A stretch of DNA of 63,498 bases, filler included, from Patellaria atrata CBS 101060 (lineage: Eukaryota): NCBI GenBank assembly GCA_010093705.1. It is 6 parts of 6 records of this genome, joined end to end, with 100 filler letters (N's around TTAATTAATTAA, not from the genome) between each part and the next. Parts side by side here need not be neighbours in the genome. Positions count along the whole stretch, not along the records: positions 24,634 to 35,328 come from MU006098.1; positions 35,429 to 44,107 come from MU006108.1; 4 more parts are not named here. The stretch is one strand, 5' to 3'. Below, in pieces: positions 25,863 through 38,555 of this stretch (position 1 is its first letter; each line of letters starts with the position of its first letter). A program made the translations under genes and the position numbers. The notes under the pieces are model-generated. The model had not been told where the DNA came from. It saw only the letters and a list, made by a program, of their open reading frames with translations, and made no database searches.

Positions 25863-26129
25863 GCGTGGGGTGATGTCGCTGTTGGCGGGTTTGTACAAGA
25901 GATAGTTTTTCACGTCTTGCGGAATAGAGCAGACCGATGACAGATGCCCAAATGTTTCGGAAGTGGTGTTATGGAATTGTATGCAGGACGCTGGCTGTAT
26001 AGCAGAAAGAACACACCCTTCATACAACAGCACCAGACGCAATGTACGACAACCAACAGCAGCAAACACGCAACCCCCCGGCCCTTTACGAAGCGTCCTT
26101 GTCTCCCTCGCCCCCAGTCCCCTATCCCC

Positions 26130-26717
26130 CTAAACCCCAACCAACCCCTCCCGTCCTCCAAACACCTTCCCCCACCTCTCGCCACCAATCCAAACCGCGA
26201 CTCCAACCACGCCCGCCACAACGAGTAGAGATAAGAGTCCGCTGGCTAGGTCTCCGTTGCCGGCGATTCTAAGGCTGGGGTTCTGGGTTACGGCGTCGCG
26301 GCGGGCTATTACTGATGTTGGGGGTTTGGGGGGAGTTTCGCTGGAGGAAAGGGAGGCTGGGGGTTGCTTGGAAGTTGGGGACATGGTTGAGGATGGGAAG
26401 TGGGTGGTTTGGGGTGTATTGGTTAGCCTGGTGGTGGTAGTGGTTGTGGTGGTGGAGGAGGGGGGTGTGGGTGCTGATGACTTCAAGGGTTGGGTTGTGG
26501 TTTGTGTGGTTGATGGGATTGTTGATATGGATCCTCAGACGGATAGGTCTGCTGTGGGATATATCCAGAGTCGATCCGTTGGGGCTTTACGGTCGGATTG
26601 GTATCGGATCCAAAAAACGGTTTGAAGCCGAATAGTGGAACAAACTCCGGTTCCAGAAACTTGAGCAATGTAAAGTAAAGTAAATGTATGACCGATGTAT
26701 TCTATCGTACGCGACAA
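26130..26717 (-). pseudogene. possible Ser/Thr/Pro-rich surface protein with C-terminal hydrophobic segment, split by an in-frame TGA
   Basis: ORFs 26535-26717 and 26130-26486 share one frame, separated by TGA at 26535-26537. T/S/P-rich stalk, then LLSLLVVAGVVGVAVWIG. Confidence 0.3.
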
Positions 26718-27650
26718 TACGACAATGATCAGCTTGAATGTCGTCGGTCGAGAGACCGGATATGGTAGTGATTCGGCCCAAAAGTAGAGGTGCCAGTGAT
26801 GTCTCCTCGCACCGATGCTGAGATATTGAGCGTATGATGCTACAATCCTGTTTCCAAATCAGCTTTCCTAGCTCTTACTTGTTGATGCGGTATTTGATTC
26901 TATAGCCACTTTCATGAAGAAGGATATATCATTGAGCGTACGGAGTACTTTGAGGAGTCGTCGGACATTTCTGGTGGCCCTAGTCCCAATGGGATAGGAT
27001 GCCCTCCGCCCAATCGTCTTGCTCCTGTACCGTACTTGCTGCTTCCACTCGTTATTACATAGACGTGAATTCATATGGCAAAGACTCGAAGTTGCTAAGC
27101 ATAGTTGGATAATTTCGTACGATATTATGTAGCACTCTTCGCGGTACAGTATAATATCCCTATCAGGACGACGAAGCTCCCCGTGCTTCGCTCAAAAACT
27201 AAAAAAGCCACGAATATGACGCATTCGCACGCAATACCTTAGTCTCAGGTTCATGAAACTTCATTGAGATATCATTAAACCGACTTCTCTATCTTTCGAG
27301 CCCCTATCTACAGTATATCTATCTCTCCAGCCTCCCATTCAATCTGTAATTGGGCGTAAACGTCGATTTCTTGAACTCCTCCCCCTTTCCTTTCGCTTGT
27401 CAACTCCGTCCAATTGCGTTACGGGAGAGTGTCATCGCCAAGACTCGCCTAAGTTCCCATTCTTTCTCCTCTCCGCCCTACCTTTAGTTTCGCGCACGTG
27501 GGCCCTCCAGCCCCAGTTAAGACAGCCAATAAAAACATGTATAAAGATAAAGAAATTTATAAGACAATCCTCACCTCATACGATTTATTGAACCATTCTC
27601 CTCCAACCTACCTTCCTATTTACTTACCACCTGCCTTCCCCCTAACGACG

Positions 27651-29573
27651 ATGCCCCTCACGGACATAACTACCGCCCTCCGCGATCTACAGAGTCGTTA
27701 TGCAGCGAATGCCTCCGCACGGGGGAAGCGTAACCTCGGCGCCCGACTAGGGGAAGTATTCCTGCGATATTGGGATTTGGGCTTCACTGCATTTGGAGGC
27801 CCTCCAGTCCACTTTCAAATCCTACACGAGAGGTTCGTCGTTGGTGGGTCTGGCAGCGGCTTGAAATGGATCGATGAAGCGACGGTATGTTGTCGCGACT
27901 CCCCGCGTCCAGTCTGCATCGGTTTTAGTGGATTGTGGGAGGATTGATCGAGGAAAAGATTTGTCGTGTGGCTTCGAGCGTGGGAGCGTTGCCACTAGAG
28001 AAAACGTGGAGGTGGAGACGCGGAGACGGGATGTGGAGAGTACCGTTACTAACTCTTCTCTTGTAGTATCAAGAGCTATTTGCGATATGTCAGGCCCTGC
28101 CAGGACCCGCCAGCACGAAGATGTCGTTCTGTATTGCCCTGATTCATGCTGGATTCATACCATCATTATTTGCCTTTACGCTCTGGAGGTAAGTTTTGAG
28201 AAGTGTCGAGCTCCACTGACGCACAGTCACAACTGACGCCTCACAGTTTACCGGGTGCGATTGGTATGTTCGGTCTGTCACTTGGTGTGCAGCAGATGGA
28301 CGAAGTGTTGCCGGGAATAGTGTACGCGCTGTTATCGGGTCTGAATGCCGCAACGGTGGGCATCATCGCGTTGGCTGCAGTGCAGGTAAGTTTGAGGGAC
28401 CTGAAAGAATAAACATCAAGCGAAGTTTGCGAAAAGTGGTAACTGATACGTCCAAAACAGCTGGCACAAAAAGCAATTACTGATCAGTTGACGCGGATCT
28501 TGGTCATATTCGGTGCTTGCGCGGGGTTATGCTACAACGCTTTGTGGTACTTTCCTTTACTGATCGTGATCGGCGGTATCGCTACCGTCATTTGGGACAT
28601 CTGGTTGCAGCAGAGAATAAACAAGATTAAAAGAAAATTAAAGAAAAGAAAAGAGAATAGGGATCGATTGGCGGAAGAGAGCGATGCAGGTATCAGTGTC
28701 GAGTTGCGAGAGAATCAAAACCCAACAGCCGAAGGTCTGCAACGCCGGGCACCTGCATCATCAGCAAAAGCCGAACCGGCAGGCACATTTCAATCCGTCG
28801 AAGACAATGATATTCGCCCATCAGTGACTGGAAGAGACCATAACTTTACGCAAGAAGAGGTGCAGAACCCGCCTCCTGCTCCCGACACCAAAGCGCATGC
28901 TATTTCCTGGAAATGGGGTATATCGATCATCGTCGGCTTCTTTGCGACCTTCTTCGCGGTGATGCTGGCCCGCGGACTTATTTCCAAGAATTCTCGACGA
29001 CTGGATGTCTTTGCGAACATGTTTCTTGCAGGAACGATTATTTTTGGAGGCGGTCCTGTGGTAATTCCACTTTTGCGATCGTACGTTGTCGATCCGGGAT
29101 GGGTAACATCTCGAGATTTCCTAATTGGACTGGCTATTATCCAGGCCTTCCCGGGGCCTAACTTCAACTTTGCGGTCTATCTCGGCGCTCTGGCGATGCT
29201 AGGTACCGGCACACCAACTGTCGTCGGTGCGATTTTAGGATTCATCGGAATCTTTACTCCAGGTATAACTCTGGCAATCGGGGTCCAAACTCTCTGGCAA
29301 GTGCTGAGAACGAAGCCCAGCATAATAAGTCTGTTGCGTGGAATCAACGCGACAGCAGTTGGTCTGGTCTTCACAGCTGTGTATCGACTATGGGAAATCG
29401 GATACTTAACTCCCGCTGCAAGCACAGGGAAGAGCCTCGCGACGGAGCCATGGTGGGTTGTTGTTGCAGCGGTCACGTACGCGGAGAGTGCATGGTTTCG
29501 AATTCCAGCAGCGGGTGCCATCGTTGTTGGAGGTCTCCTGGGACTCTGCTGGTACGGTGTAGTGAGCTCGTAA
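27651..29573 (+). CDS. chrA: chromate ion transporter (CHR family, bidomain)
   Basis: FTAFGGPPVH, QALPGPAST, IIFGGGPVVIPLL and AFPGPNFNF motifs. Introns about 27885-28066, 28189-28247 and 28386-28460. Confidence 0.92.
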
Positions 29574-32093
29574 AAGTACTGTAGGTACAGCTATCTTGTG
29601 ATTCTTGTCCACTGTCCACTAGCCAATATCATCCGCTGTCACCGCGGCTCCACGCCGGACGATGGAAGGAGTCTCGTGTCTGTACAGTACATACAGTACA
29701 GGCCAGTACAATATCAAACCATCGAGGTGCAGACTGCAGAGAGGCGTTATCACAGCTACCTGATTTGATCATTTGAAGATATATCAAGGGAAGTAATATA
29801 GATTTCTTGGACGTACGGGCAGCAATCCGTCTTGTCGTGTCTTTTTCCAGGCGAGGTAACAACATGTCTCGTGAGATTCATCTGTAAACAAGCCGATCGC
29901 CGTGTCCCTCTCTGCTCGAAGCGAGGTACCGCATGTGGACAACTGGACATCGCTTACCGTAGTTTACTTTCCGTTATTATAGTATACGATAGATGCGGGC
30001 GCTGGGGCAGAGGTGGTTCGGCGAATGATAAGCGTAATAATCAGCTAATCAAGGATAGCGTACCGTTCGGTCAGCATGTGAGCATGAGTTTTTAATATAA
30101 GCCCGCAGAGGCGGGTCATGAGGAAGATGAGACAGGGTGTGCAAGGACTCGTTTAGCCAGATCGTTGGGTGGAAATGGCCCACAAACGCCCAGAATGCCC
30201 ACACGAAATCACCGAGATCAGCGGTGATAGACACGATAAGCTTGATGCAAGCAACAGAAACGACTCAGTTATTCGTCTATAGACCCAACGAACTGATTAG
30301 TAGGAATGTGGTCGGCTCGTAGCTGGAAAGTTAGTGAGACTCAAGTGAGTTGTGTTATTTGGTAAGAAACCAACGGTGAAGGGAGTCGGAAGGAATCGGT
30401 AAACTCGGGCGCAGACAGCGCTTCAGTGGACAGAATACTGGCTCACGCGACGCTCAGGCACAATCTCACCGAAAGGAAGGGCCGATGGCTCATGGATCAA
30501 TTCTGACAGCCAGCACCGCAGAGAGAAAAGAAACGAACGGGACAAGACCTGACGGGCGTGGACGGACGTGGACGGGCATGAGCGAGTTGCAGAGTTTACA
30601 AGGTGATTTGTACCGTTTGTGCCGATGTAACTCTTGCAGATATTGTCATCAGTTATTTATCGATGAAGTTGATATTAAGAAAGCCGTTTCAGACCGGACA
30701 GGACGGCGAATTGCTGGCGGAGACCCCTCATACAGCAATAATAATGTACCTAAAGTGCTGCTGTGAGAGGGGGAGAGTCGGGTGGATGAAGAGGAGCAGG
30801 CCCAGTCGTGGAGCTAGGCAGCTAGGCAGGCAGGAGGTTTAAGCCACATTAAAGGAGGGGAACTGGGGAGTCAGCCCACTTTGGTCCATCGCAGCTTCCT
30901 GTAAGACCAGACTTGAAGATGCATCCAAGCGAGGGCACAAGGAAAGCAGCTTACTATTGAAACGGTTAACTGTCATTGGTGATAGCAGCTTACCGAACGT
31001 CTAGACCCCTTGGACCTCGCGTGCACTTCGATCCATATACTGTCATATCGCCAAAATAACCCCCTTGCTCCATCGTCACCGCGTACGCCGTGCGGGAGGA
31101 ACAGCCCTGAAGTAAGGTTGTCCTTGTTGTTTGCTGGAAAGACGGCGGATGAAGCCCTGGAGGTAAGAAAGCCACTTGAGGCTTACATGCTCTAGATGGA
31201 ATAGATACTGGGGGAAGCGAATCCTCAAACAGGTTATTATCGTTATTGCAGTCGACTTGAGTGCATATTCGAACGGCTGATAATTGAACATGCAGACTTG
31301 CTGATACTGTTCATAATGTCTGGCATCTGCTGAGGTGTTGCTGTTGTGTTGCACGTGCGAGGCAGTGAGACCCCAAAAGCTTCGGTATCTTCAGCAACTT
31401 GTCCTTGTGAAATCGGAGAGTCCTTTGTCTCAAAGTTAGCATGAATTCCTTTCAGGAGAAATAAAGGAACGTGTATACTTCTTTCGAACTACTTACAGAT
31501 AACCATAAATCTTTCGTCATATCTCTGCTTCGATCTCGGTGGGAGGTGTTCTGATTTGTAGTTCCGTGGAAGTTGCCTAGTGTTGTATGCACGACTCACG
31601 ATCTGGATTACAACTCCCAGCCGACCATAGAAGTATCTGGATTCTGGATAACGCGGACGACTACTGGCCTTAGCTTTAAGGTCGTTCTTAGGCTCTCTTT
31701 TGATATAACCTACCTTAAGCCACTACAAAGCCACGAGGCAGCCTAGGAGTCCGTTTCGGGATTCTGAGTTCCATTGTGTCTTTTAAGGTCTTCCCCCCTC
31801 CTGCCAAAGCTTCAGGTTCAGGTTGCACCTTCTATTAAAAGTCTTCCACCAAATAGTCCCACACACTCAGTATTTCCCCTCATTCTTTCTACTTACAGTA
31901 ACTGTCGTACTGTCCCTATATGGAATCGGAAATAAATCTACTCAGCTTATCTTGAGTCACTCGTCCCTCCTTTATTTGTCGCATCACTACTCGGATTGGA
32001 CCACTCATACTATTTTACTCCGCATCTCCCCCGGTCCCACCTTCCGCAAGAGCAAACAATCACAGATCGTCGACCAGATCACCAATCATCACC

Positions 32094-33785
32094 ATGTCTC
32101 ACCTTGTTTTTTCTACTCAGGAAGCGACGATCAATCCATCATCCTTTGAAGAAGATCAACAACAGAATACGTCTTCAGATATGACCGCGTCGTTGTCTGG
32201 CCCACCATTGACCGCACTGCCCTCAGGGCTTACGCAAATATATGGCTATCATCATACCTTTCACACTCACGCTCAAGTATTAGATATCGCCTCTACTTCC
32301 CCACCGAGTTATGCTTTTGCAGCCTCAAAGCGATCTCAAATTCGGAACAAGAAAATGTTCACCATCAACTCCTCCTCAGAACAGCTCCCAGACTACTCAT
32401 GCTCTCTCGAACTAGAAGGAGCTCTCGCACTAAAGTCTGAATTCCTCTCACCATTCACCTTATCCACCGACACCAAATGGCATGACGTCTATGCCGTCCT
32501 CCGTGGCACTCAACTCTCCCTCTACCGACCAAAGTCCACGAAGCTTCTGAAGAAACCTCAAGATCCCGCTGCCGGCCGCTTGATCAAATCATACAGTCTC
32601 CAACATGCCGAAGTTGGCATCGCAACGGACTTCAAAAAGACCAACATCACTCCTCGCTCCGCTCTTGCTCACCTCGTACCCTCAGGCCAATGGTCGAAAC
32701 TCTACGAAACCGATCCCCACCTTTTCGAACCCGTCCGGGAGCATGTGCTCCGCTTGAGAGTGGAAGGCGAGCAGATATTGCTGTGTCATCAATCTCAAAC
32801 CGGCATGCTTGATTGGGTGGAGTCGCTATGTGCTTCAATCGACATCAGTCAACCACTCGAAGATCGATGTGAACCCCGTTATAGAAGCTTACCGCGTAGG
32901 AACAGGCGTCAGCAAGTCTTGGAGCGGGGCACGCGTCTGGGAGGAGCTGTCGAGAGTGAAGAAGCAAGAGCAAGGCTAGTCGCAGAACAGGAAAGGATCA
33001 TCCAGCTACTTTTTCCTCATCTCGCCCAGGGCGCAACTGGTCCGGTGACTGAACCCCCCTCAGCCCCAGATTCCGAAGATAACGCAGAGCACGCCGAGGG
33101 TGATCAAAATGCCGAAGAGGAAATTGAGCAGCATTCTCACAATTCCGACCCTGAAGCTGATGACCTTGATCCGGCGGACGTACTCAACCCATCGTCATCC
33201 TCCGACGCTGCACCCTACCACTCGTCACTTATGAGCATTGCAGCAACATCGACCTTCCTAACATCTCCTTCGTATAACCCTAAGACAACCGAACCCGTGG
33301 CGCCTTCGGAAGCCCATGCACTCCGTTATCGTCGTCGGTGCGCCCCGGTATTAACGCTCGACTCACCGCGCGCAAGCGACGTCATCTTCCGCGAAGGTGT
33401 CCGCATGCGTATCAACGAGCGCAAACTAGTCCTAGATAAATTCGACTATCACCCCCCGAGGTACGAGGCCCACGCTTTCCCCGCCGACCTCGCAGAAACT
33501 TTAGCCGCGACCCGCGCCGCTGATCAGCACCGCCCTGCGTACACGCGTATGCAAAGCGCCTTTTCGACCTACACGATGCAAGAAAGTGGCAGTGATGCCG
33601 AGCACTCCGCAGCTTCAGAGTCCGACGCTACAAGCGAAAGCAGCAGCTTCCATTCCCGCAAGAATCTTACCAAGTTTCTTGGTCAAGGCCCAAATGCGGT
33701 GTCATCGCAAAGGTCTGCCAAGGGTGCGGCTGCGGACATCGCTACGAGGCCGTTGGCGAACGGGCTCCCAACGATCTTATTTTAG
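32094..33785 (+). CDS. fungal PH-domain-containing protein (563 aa)
   Basis: LPDYSC; WHDVYAVLRGTQLSLY...YSLQHAEVGIATDF...HVLRLRVEGEQILL...WVESLCASIDISQPLEDR split PH fold. Single long ORF. Confidence 0.85.
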   Translation: MSHLVFSTQEATINPSSFEEDQQQNTSSDMTASLSGPPLTALPSGLTQIYGYHHTFHTHAQVLDIASTSPPSYAFAASKRSQIRNKKMFTINSSSEQLPDYSCSLELEGALALKSEFLSPFTLSTDTKWHDVYAVLRGTQLSLYRPKSTKLLKKPQDPAAGRLIKSYSLQHAEVGIATDFKKTNITPRSALAHLVPSGQWSKLYETDPHLFEPVREHVLRLRVEGEQILLCHQSQTGMLDWVESLCASIDISQPLEDRCEPRYRSLPRRNRRQQVLERGTRLGGAVESEEARARLVAEQERIIQLLFPHLAQGATGPVTEPPSAPDSEDNAEHAEGDQNAEEEIEQHSHNSDPEADDLDPADVLNPSSSSDAAPYHSSLMSIAATSTFLTSPSYNPKTTEPVAPSEAHALRYRRRCAPVLTLDSPRASDVIFREGVRMRINERKLVLDKFDYHPPRYEAHAFPADLAETLAATRAADQHRPAYTRMQSAFSTYTMQESGSDAEHSAASESDATSESSSFHSRKNLTKFLGQGPNAVSSQRSAKGAAADIATRPLANGLPTILF

Positions 33786-35428
33786 GTGCGAGCTGAACAT
33801 GTGCGAGTGGCGAAAAAGATATATACTTCTATGAGAAAGGATAGATAGGATGTGTGCGAGGATCAGAGGTGAAAACGCTTTTTTTCCGACTGGTGTTCGT
33901 GGATGGATGATCTGCGCTCGGTTGGAGGAAGGTTGGGGGATCTGCGGATCCTCGGCGGGCCACCGTTATCGGAATTTCACAACAAATACATTATCGAGAG
34001 TCACGCAACGCAGCTGCAAGTTCTCGTCGTATTACGTGGACTGATGGGGCTCAATATTTTCAAAGGGGAAATGATGGTGAACGACGAATGAAAATATGGG
34101 GTATTTCGAAAGAGCATGTGGGGCGCAATATGGTTATTGGAGTCGATATGGATATGAGCAGGAGTATTAGGATTAAGGGTCCAAGGTCAAGGTGGCTTCG
34201 AACGGGGGGTTCCAGACTCTTTAACCCTTATTTTTTGCTTTGTGAGTTTGAGGTTTATGAGCTATGAGGTATGAGATATGCATGGGAATGGTGCTTTTTG
34301 TTCTGCAACCCCTTCTTTCATCGATTACTCGGTGTTTGTTTTCTCTCACCGCTGCTTTTTCCTTTCGGTCATGATTTTCAGTTTCGCTCGAAGGGAAATT
34401 TTCACTGAGATGAAAGGCATTATTCGACGGCGCATACGTAACGTGTATTGATACCCCTGGTTGTTGATTGTCGTTCGAGGATTTACGGAGTTGAGTGAGA
34501 GAAGAGGATGATGAAAAGATGTACAATATAGCGGATCTGCCAAAAAAAAAAAAAACAAAATCAAACGTTAATATTCTGAACATATACACCCTTATCTCTA
34601 CGTCCAGAATTTTGTCTTTCGTAATTTCTCTATCGTGACACAGGTAGGAACGCTTGATATTAGCCATTTCCCAAAAGGGGTATTCCAACCGCAGATCCTC
34701 ACTCAACTGCCTTGATTCCCAACTCCCTTCCCACTCATCCTCACCGTTCAAGCGCATCCAAAGCGTAGATCGTAGGTTCCTATACTCCTCCTCGTCCGTT
34801 AACTATATCCTAAGTGTAGATCGAAGTTCCTATACCATCCTTTACGCTTCCTAATCGAAGATCTCGCTAGTATCCTGATTATATCCTCATATACGTTATA
34901 CATTGTTTAGGCCTATCACTATGCATGTGAAGTAGCAGACGTCAGACCCTTATCATCAAGTTCACTGTAAATGATGCTCATTCGGACCGACTGGTTTTTC
35001 TCCTCTTCGCTGACTATACCCCTTCAGTGCGAGATGACCTATCATTGCTTCGCCCACCTGGGTGTGAAGCCATCATCTCAACTTTGGACAAAGGATGCTT
35101 TATTCATCTCATCTCTTTGACAACCCTGGGAAGTATCCTTGACCTAGAACCCCCGAGATCACACTCGGTTTTGGGGGAGATGTGTCCAGGAGCTTGTGCA
35201 TTGATGATGGACGAAGATAACGTCAGTTTTACTGTAGGCGCAAACACCTACCTACCTCTTCATCATTCGGTGAAGATTGTTCTAAGCGTCCGGCTGATCT
35301 CGAGCTCTGCTGAGGTACTCCCGAAAAANNNNNNNNNNNNNNNNNNNNNNNNNNNNNNNNNNNNNNNNNNNNTTAATTAATTAANNNNNNNNNNNNNNNN
35401 NNNNNNNNNNNNNNNNNNNNNNNNNNNN

Positions 35429-38400
35429 TCTTCCATTCTTCGCCTTCTTTCATTCTGATTCGATAGTAACCGTCTCGGATATCGAATTTCGTAAACCATT
35501 TTACTCCTTATAACCTATCCTGGATTTCTGAGATCAAGGGTAATAGGTATCTATTCTTGACCGTAGCATCGTTTAGCTATCTATAGTCGATATATAATCT
35601 CAGCTTGCCATTCTTCTTTGGTACAAATAGAATCGGTGAAGCCATCGGGCTTTCGCTAGGTCGTATATATCCCTTTTCTAAGTTGGTGCGGATATATTCT
35701 TCGAGTGCTTTATATTGTTCTCTTGTTAACGGGTAAATTGGACCAGGTCGTAGTTTCGCACCCTCCTTCAGCACTATTTCGTGATCCTATATCTAGTGAT
35801 CTGGAAGTATAGTCGCTATATCTTCCTTAAACAAATCTTTGAACTCGCTATACTCTTCGGGTATCTTAGGTTCTTCGGAAACCTTCTCGGCGTTTACTTT
35901 CCTAAGCTATACTGCTCTTACGCTCTTAGGTTTGTTTCTGCAGATCTTTATTATCTTATAGTACGAAATACGTCCTACGGATATACTAGCGTCCGTCTAT
36001 TTAGTACGTCTCGTTCGCTTGACTCTATCCTTTCGTGAGGCGTCTCGGTCAATCTAGATACTTCTCGTCTTCCAGTCAATATCTAGGTTCACTGTTTGCA
36101 ACCAGTCCATCCCTAGAATCATGTCTACATCTCCTAGGTCGGTTATAGGGATGCGCTGAGTAGTTACCTTCCCTTGTACGTTGACTTCTACCGGTATAGT
36201 CCTAAAGTTGATCAGACCTCGTCTATATCCTGTTCCTTCGCCATTTCCTAGTCGTAACGGGACTAGATTCTCAAGTTTCGTGTAAGGTATACTCTTCTTC
36301 TCTACCCATCGGGGTGAGATGAACGAATCGGTGGCGCCGCTATCAACTAGCGCTGTCGTTCTCTTACCGTGTATGGTAACGTCTATCTAAAGCGTTCTAT
36401 CATTGCTTCGTAGGGTCTTGAGGAACTTAGGAGCCATACTTCTCGATCGTTCCTATCTCGAGTGGCTTAGTAGTTTTTTGCATAGCCATGTGCTGGGCAG
36501 CCGAGTTCTGTGCACTCAGCCTAGTGTAGTCTGTCGTGTCTATCATAATACGGGCCTTTGCGGTGTTCTTCGCATTCGAGCTCTCGACACTCTCTCTTGA
36601 CAACTGCATCGTGGCTAGGGTTGCTTTTGATTCCTGCTCTCCACCTCTATGCTGTATAATAGTCACACCACATGCCTCTCATTGCGCATTATCCGAAGTC
36701 TTGTGCATTATACTTGGTAACGTGTTCGGGTACTTCTTTATCGTTTTGGAGTACTTCTATCTCCCTCGGGAATACTTTTCCTTTATAGAACTCTTCTTCT
36801 AAGCCTCTATAGTACTAGCAATCCGTGCTATATTCACAATCTTCCCACGTTGCTGCTATGCATTCCGTATGGATTAGTGTCTAGTAATGTCGCCTGCACC
36901 TAAGTTTGTCTGTGCAGTCGAAACTATCGTACTTCCCACAATCGCCTGTTGGTGGTTCGAGTTCTTGGTTCTTTTCAGGTTTTCCCGTTTCATCTTCGTG
37001 GGTTTTGCACCCTCTTACCTGACATTCGCCTTCGGGTAAGTGTACATGAGTAGGGTCTCGATCCCTAAACTTCGCTGTGGCTTTCTACTGTTTATGGTAT
37101 AAGCAATCGTCTTCTTTACATTGTATCCATCGAAAGGCTAGACAGTCTTCTACCCTCGGTGCAAGATTCAACTATTGTTCTTCGACGATCACGTCGGTAT
37201 CGGATTCGGGTTCAATTGGTTCCCGATCTCGGAACTCTTGTTCGAGTCGTTGTTGTTGTTCCATAATCCGGTATGTGAGGCTTAGTCCGTTAGATGTTTG
37301 TACTCTAATCCTCTGACCCTGATTCTGTGCTGGGCATTCTGATGCTGTGTGTGTACATACGTTTCCGCACGCCCAACATTGTTGGTTGTCTAAACGTTGT
37401 CGGAGTGTTTCCTCCTCTAGCCAGTTTCCTGCTGTTGGGAACGGCGTTGGTGGCCTGCTCACCCCTGTCTGGTAGGGTAGCGGCATTTCTTCAATCTCTT
37501 CCTCTTCGAGCGATGAGACTGGTGATGGTGGTGTCAGGTGCATGACTCTGAGTTGCATACGTCGGTTATGTCGCGAGGATGGTTACGTCTTCTGTGGGCA
37601 GTCTCTCTTGAAATGTCCCACTTCTCCGCATTGTAGATATACTCTCTTCGTAAAGCGTTCTTTCTCTTCCTAGGTGAACTGTCGTTATTTCTTCGACTTT
37701 TCCTGTTTTGTCTGTTGTAGTCGGTCGAGGTCCATCGGGTCCCCCTGATCTTGTCTATTCATGGCCCTCGTTGCCTTCTTCCTATATCCAACCACGACAT
37801 TCTTCCGTCCTCCCTTTTCCTATCTACGCTCGTACAACCTATTATCTATTCTAACTGCTAAGGTCACTGCGTCCTACATGGTTATTAGTCTCTTATAATG
37901 AACCCACTCGTCCTTCACTTCTTCCTTCAAACCTTGATAGAAAGCGATCATCAGGGGTTCATCAGGCCAACCCAATGTTGATGCTGCCTGCTGGAATGTA
38001 GTCGTATACTTCGAAGCTGACCCTTTCTGCCTAAGTCCTTGAAGCTTTCTTTCTGCTGCCTGTTGTTCGTCGACTTCCCCAAAGACGTTTTTGAGCGTTT
38101 CTTCGAACTTTGGAAACGACTTGAAGATCTCCACTGTTTCGTCTTCCTAGTGTTCTTCACTGTTCTCAAGATAGTCTCGTGCAATGGGTTCGAACCATTC
38201 CAAAGCGTCTCCTTTAAGGTACGCTGATGCATCGAGTACACGTTCACTGTCGTCCGTTAGCCCTATTCTTTTATGATAGATCCTCACCTGGGTCAAGAAT
38301 CCTCTCAGCTCGTCTCGTTTTCCATCGTATGGTGCGGGTTCTTTGACTTTCGCGGTCCGCTTCTGTGGCGATAGCAACTGTACGGTAAGTTGTTCGAGTT

Positions 38401-38555
38401 GGTCCCTAAGTTCTTGGACTGTCCCTTCATTTTCGAGTTCGCTGATACGTTTATACAACGCTTGGATATGTTCTTTATCCGTCTTCGTGTTGGCTGCGGC
38501 TGACGACATCGTGTCTAGGTCTGTTATACGCTTTCCTACTGCGTGGTAGTTATAA
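35429..38555 (-). mobile_element. Ty3/Gypsy family A internal region: gag (38509-36467), protease and start of RT, with RIP stops
   Basis: Gag PAPYDGKRDELRGFL, LRQKGSASKY, DPMDLD, knuckle (Y)LQCGEVGHFKRDC; protease ALVDSGATDSFIS; RT GPIYPL...SPILFVPKKNGKLRLYIDYR...FTKFDIRDGYYRIRMKEGEEWK. Many TAG/TAA stops at expected CAG/CAA/TGG codons. Confidence 0.95.

Noticed and set aside
29600..32000. Many 60-110 aa ORFs between chrA and the PH gene
   Set aside because: No recognisable motifs or coherent splice model; treated as intergenic/UTR.
38540..38555. Self-priming PBS for family A (TTATAACT pairing with AGTTGTA in the LTR)
   Set aside because: Only ~7 bp including a wobble, and RIP obscures the original sequence; too weak to call.
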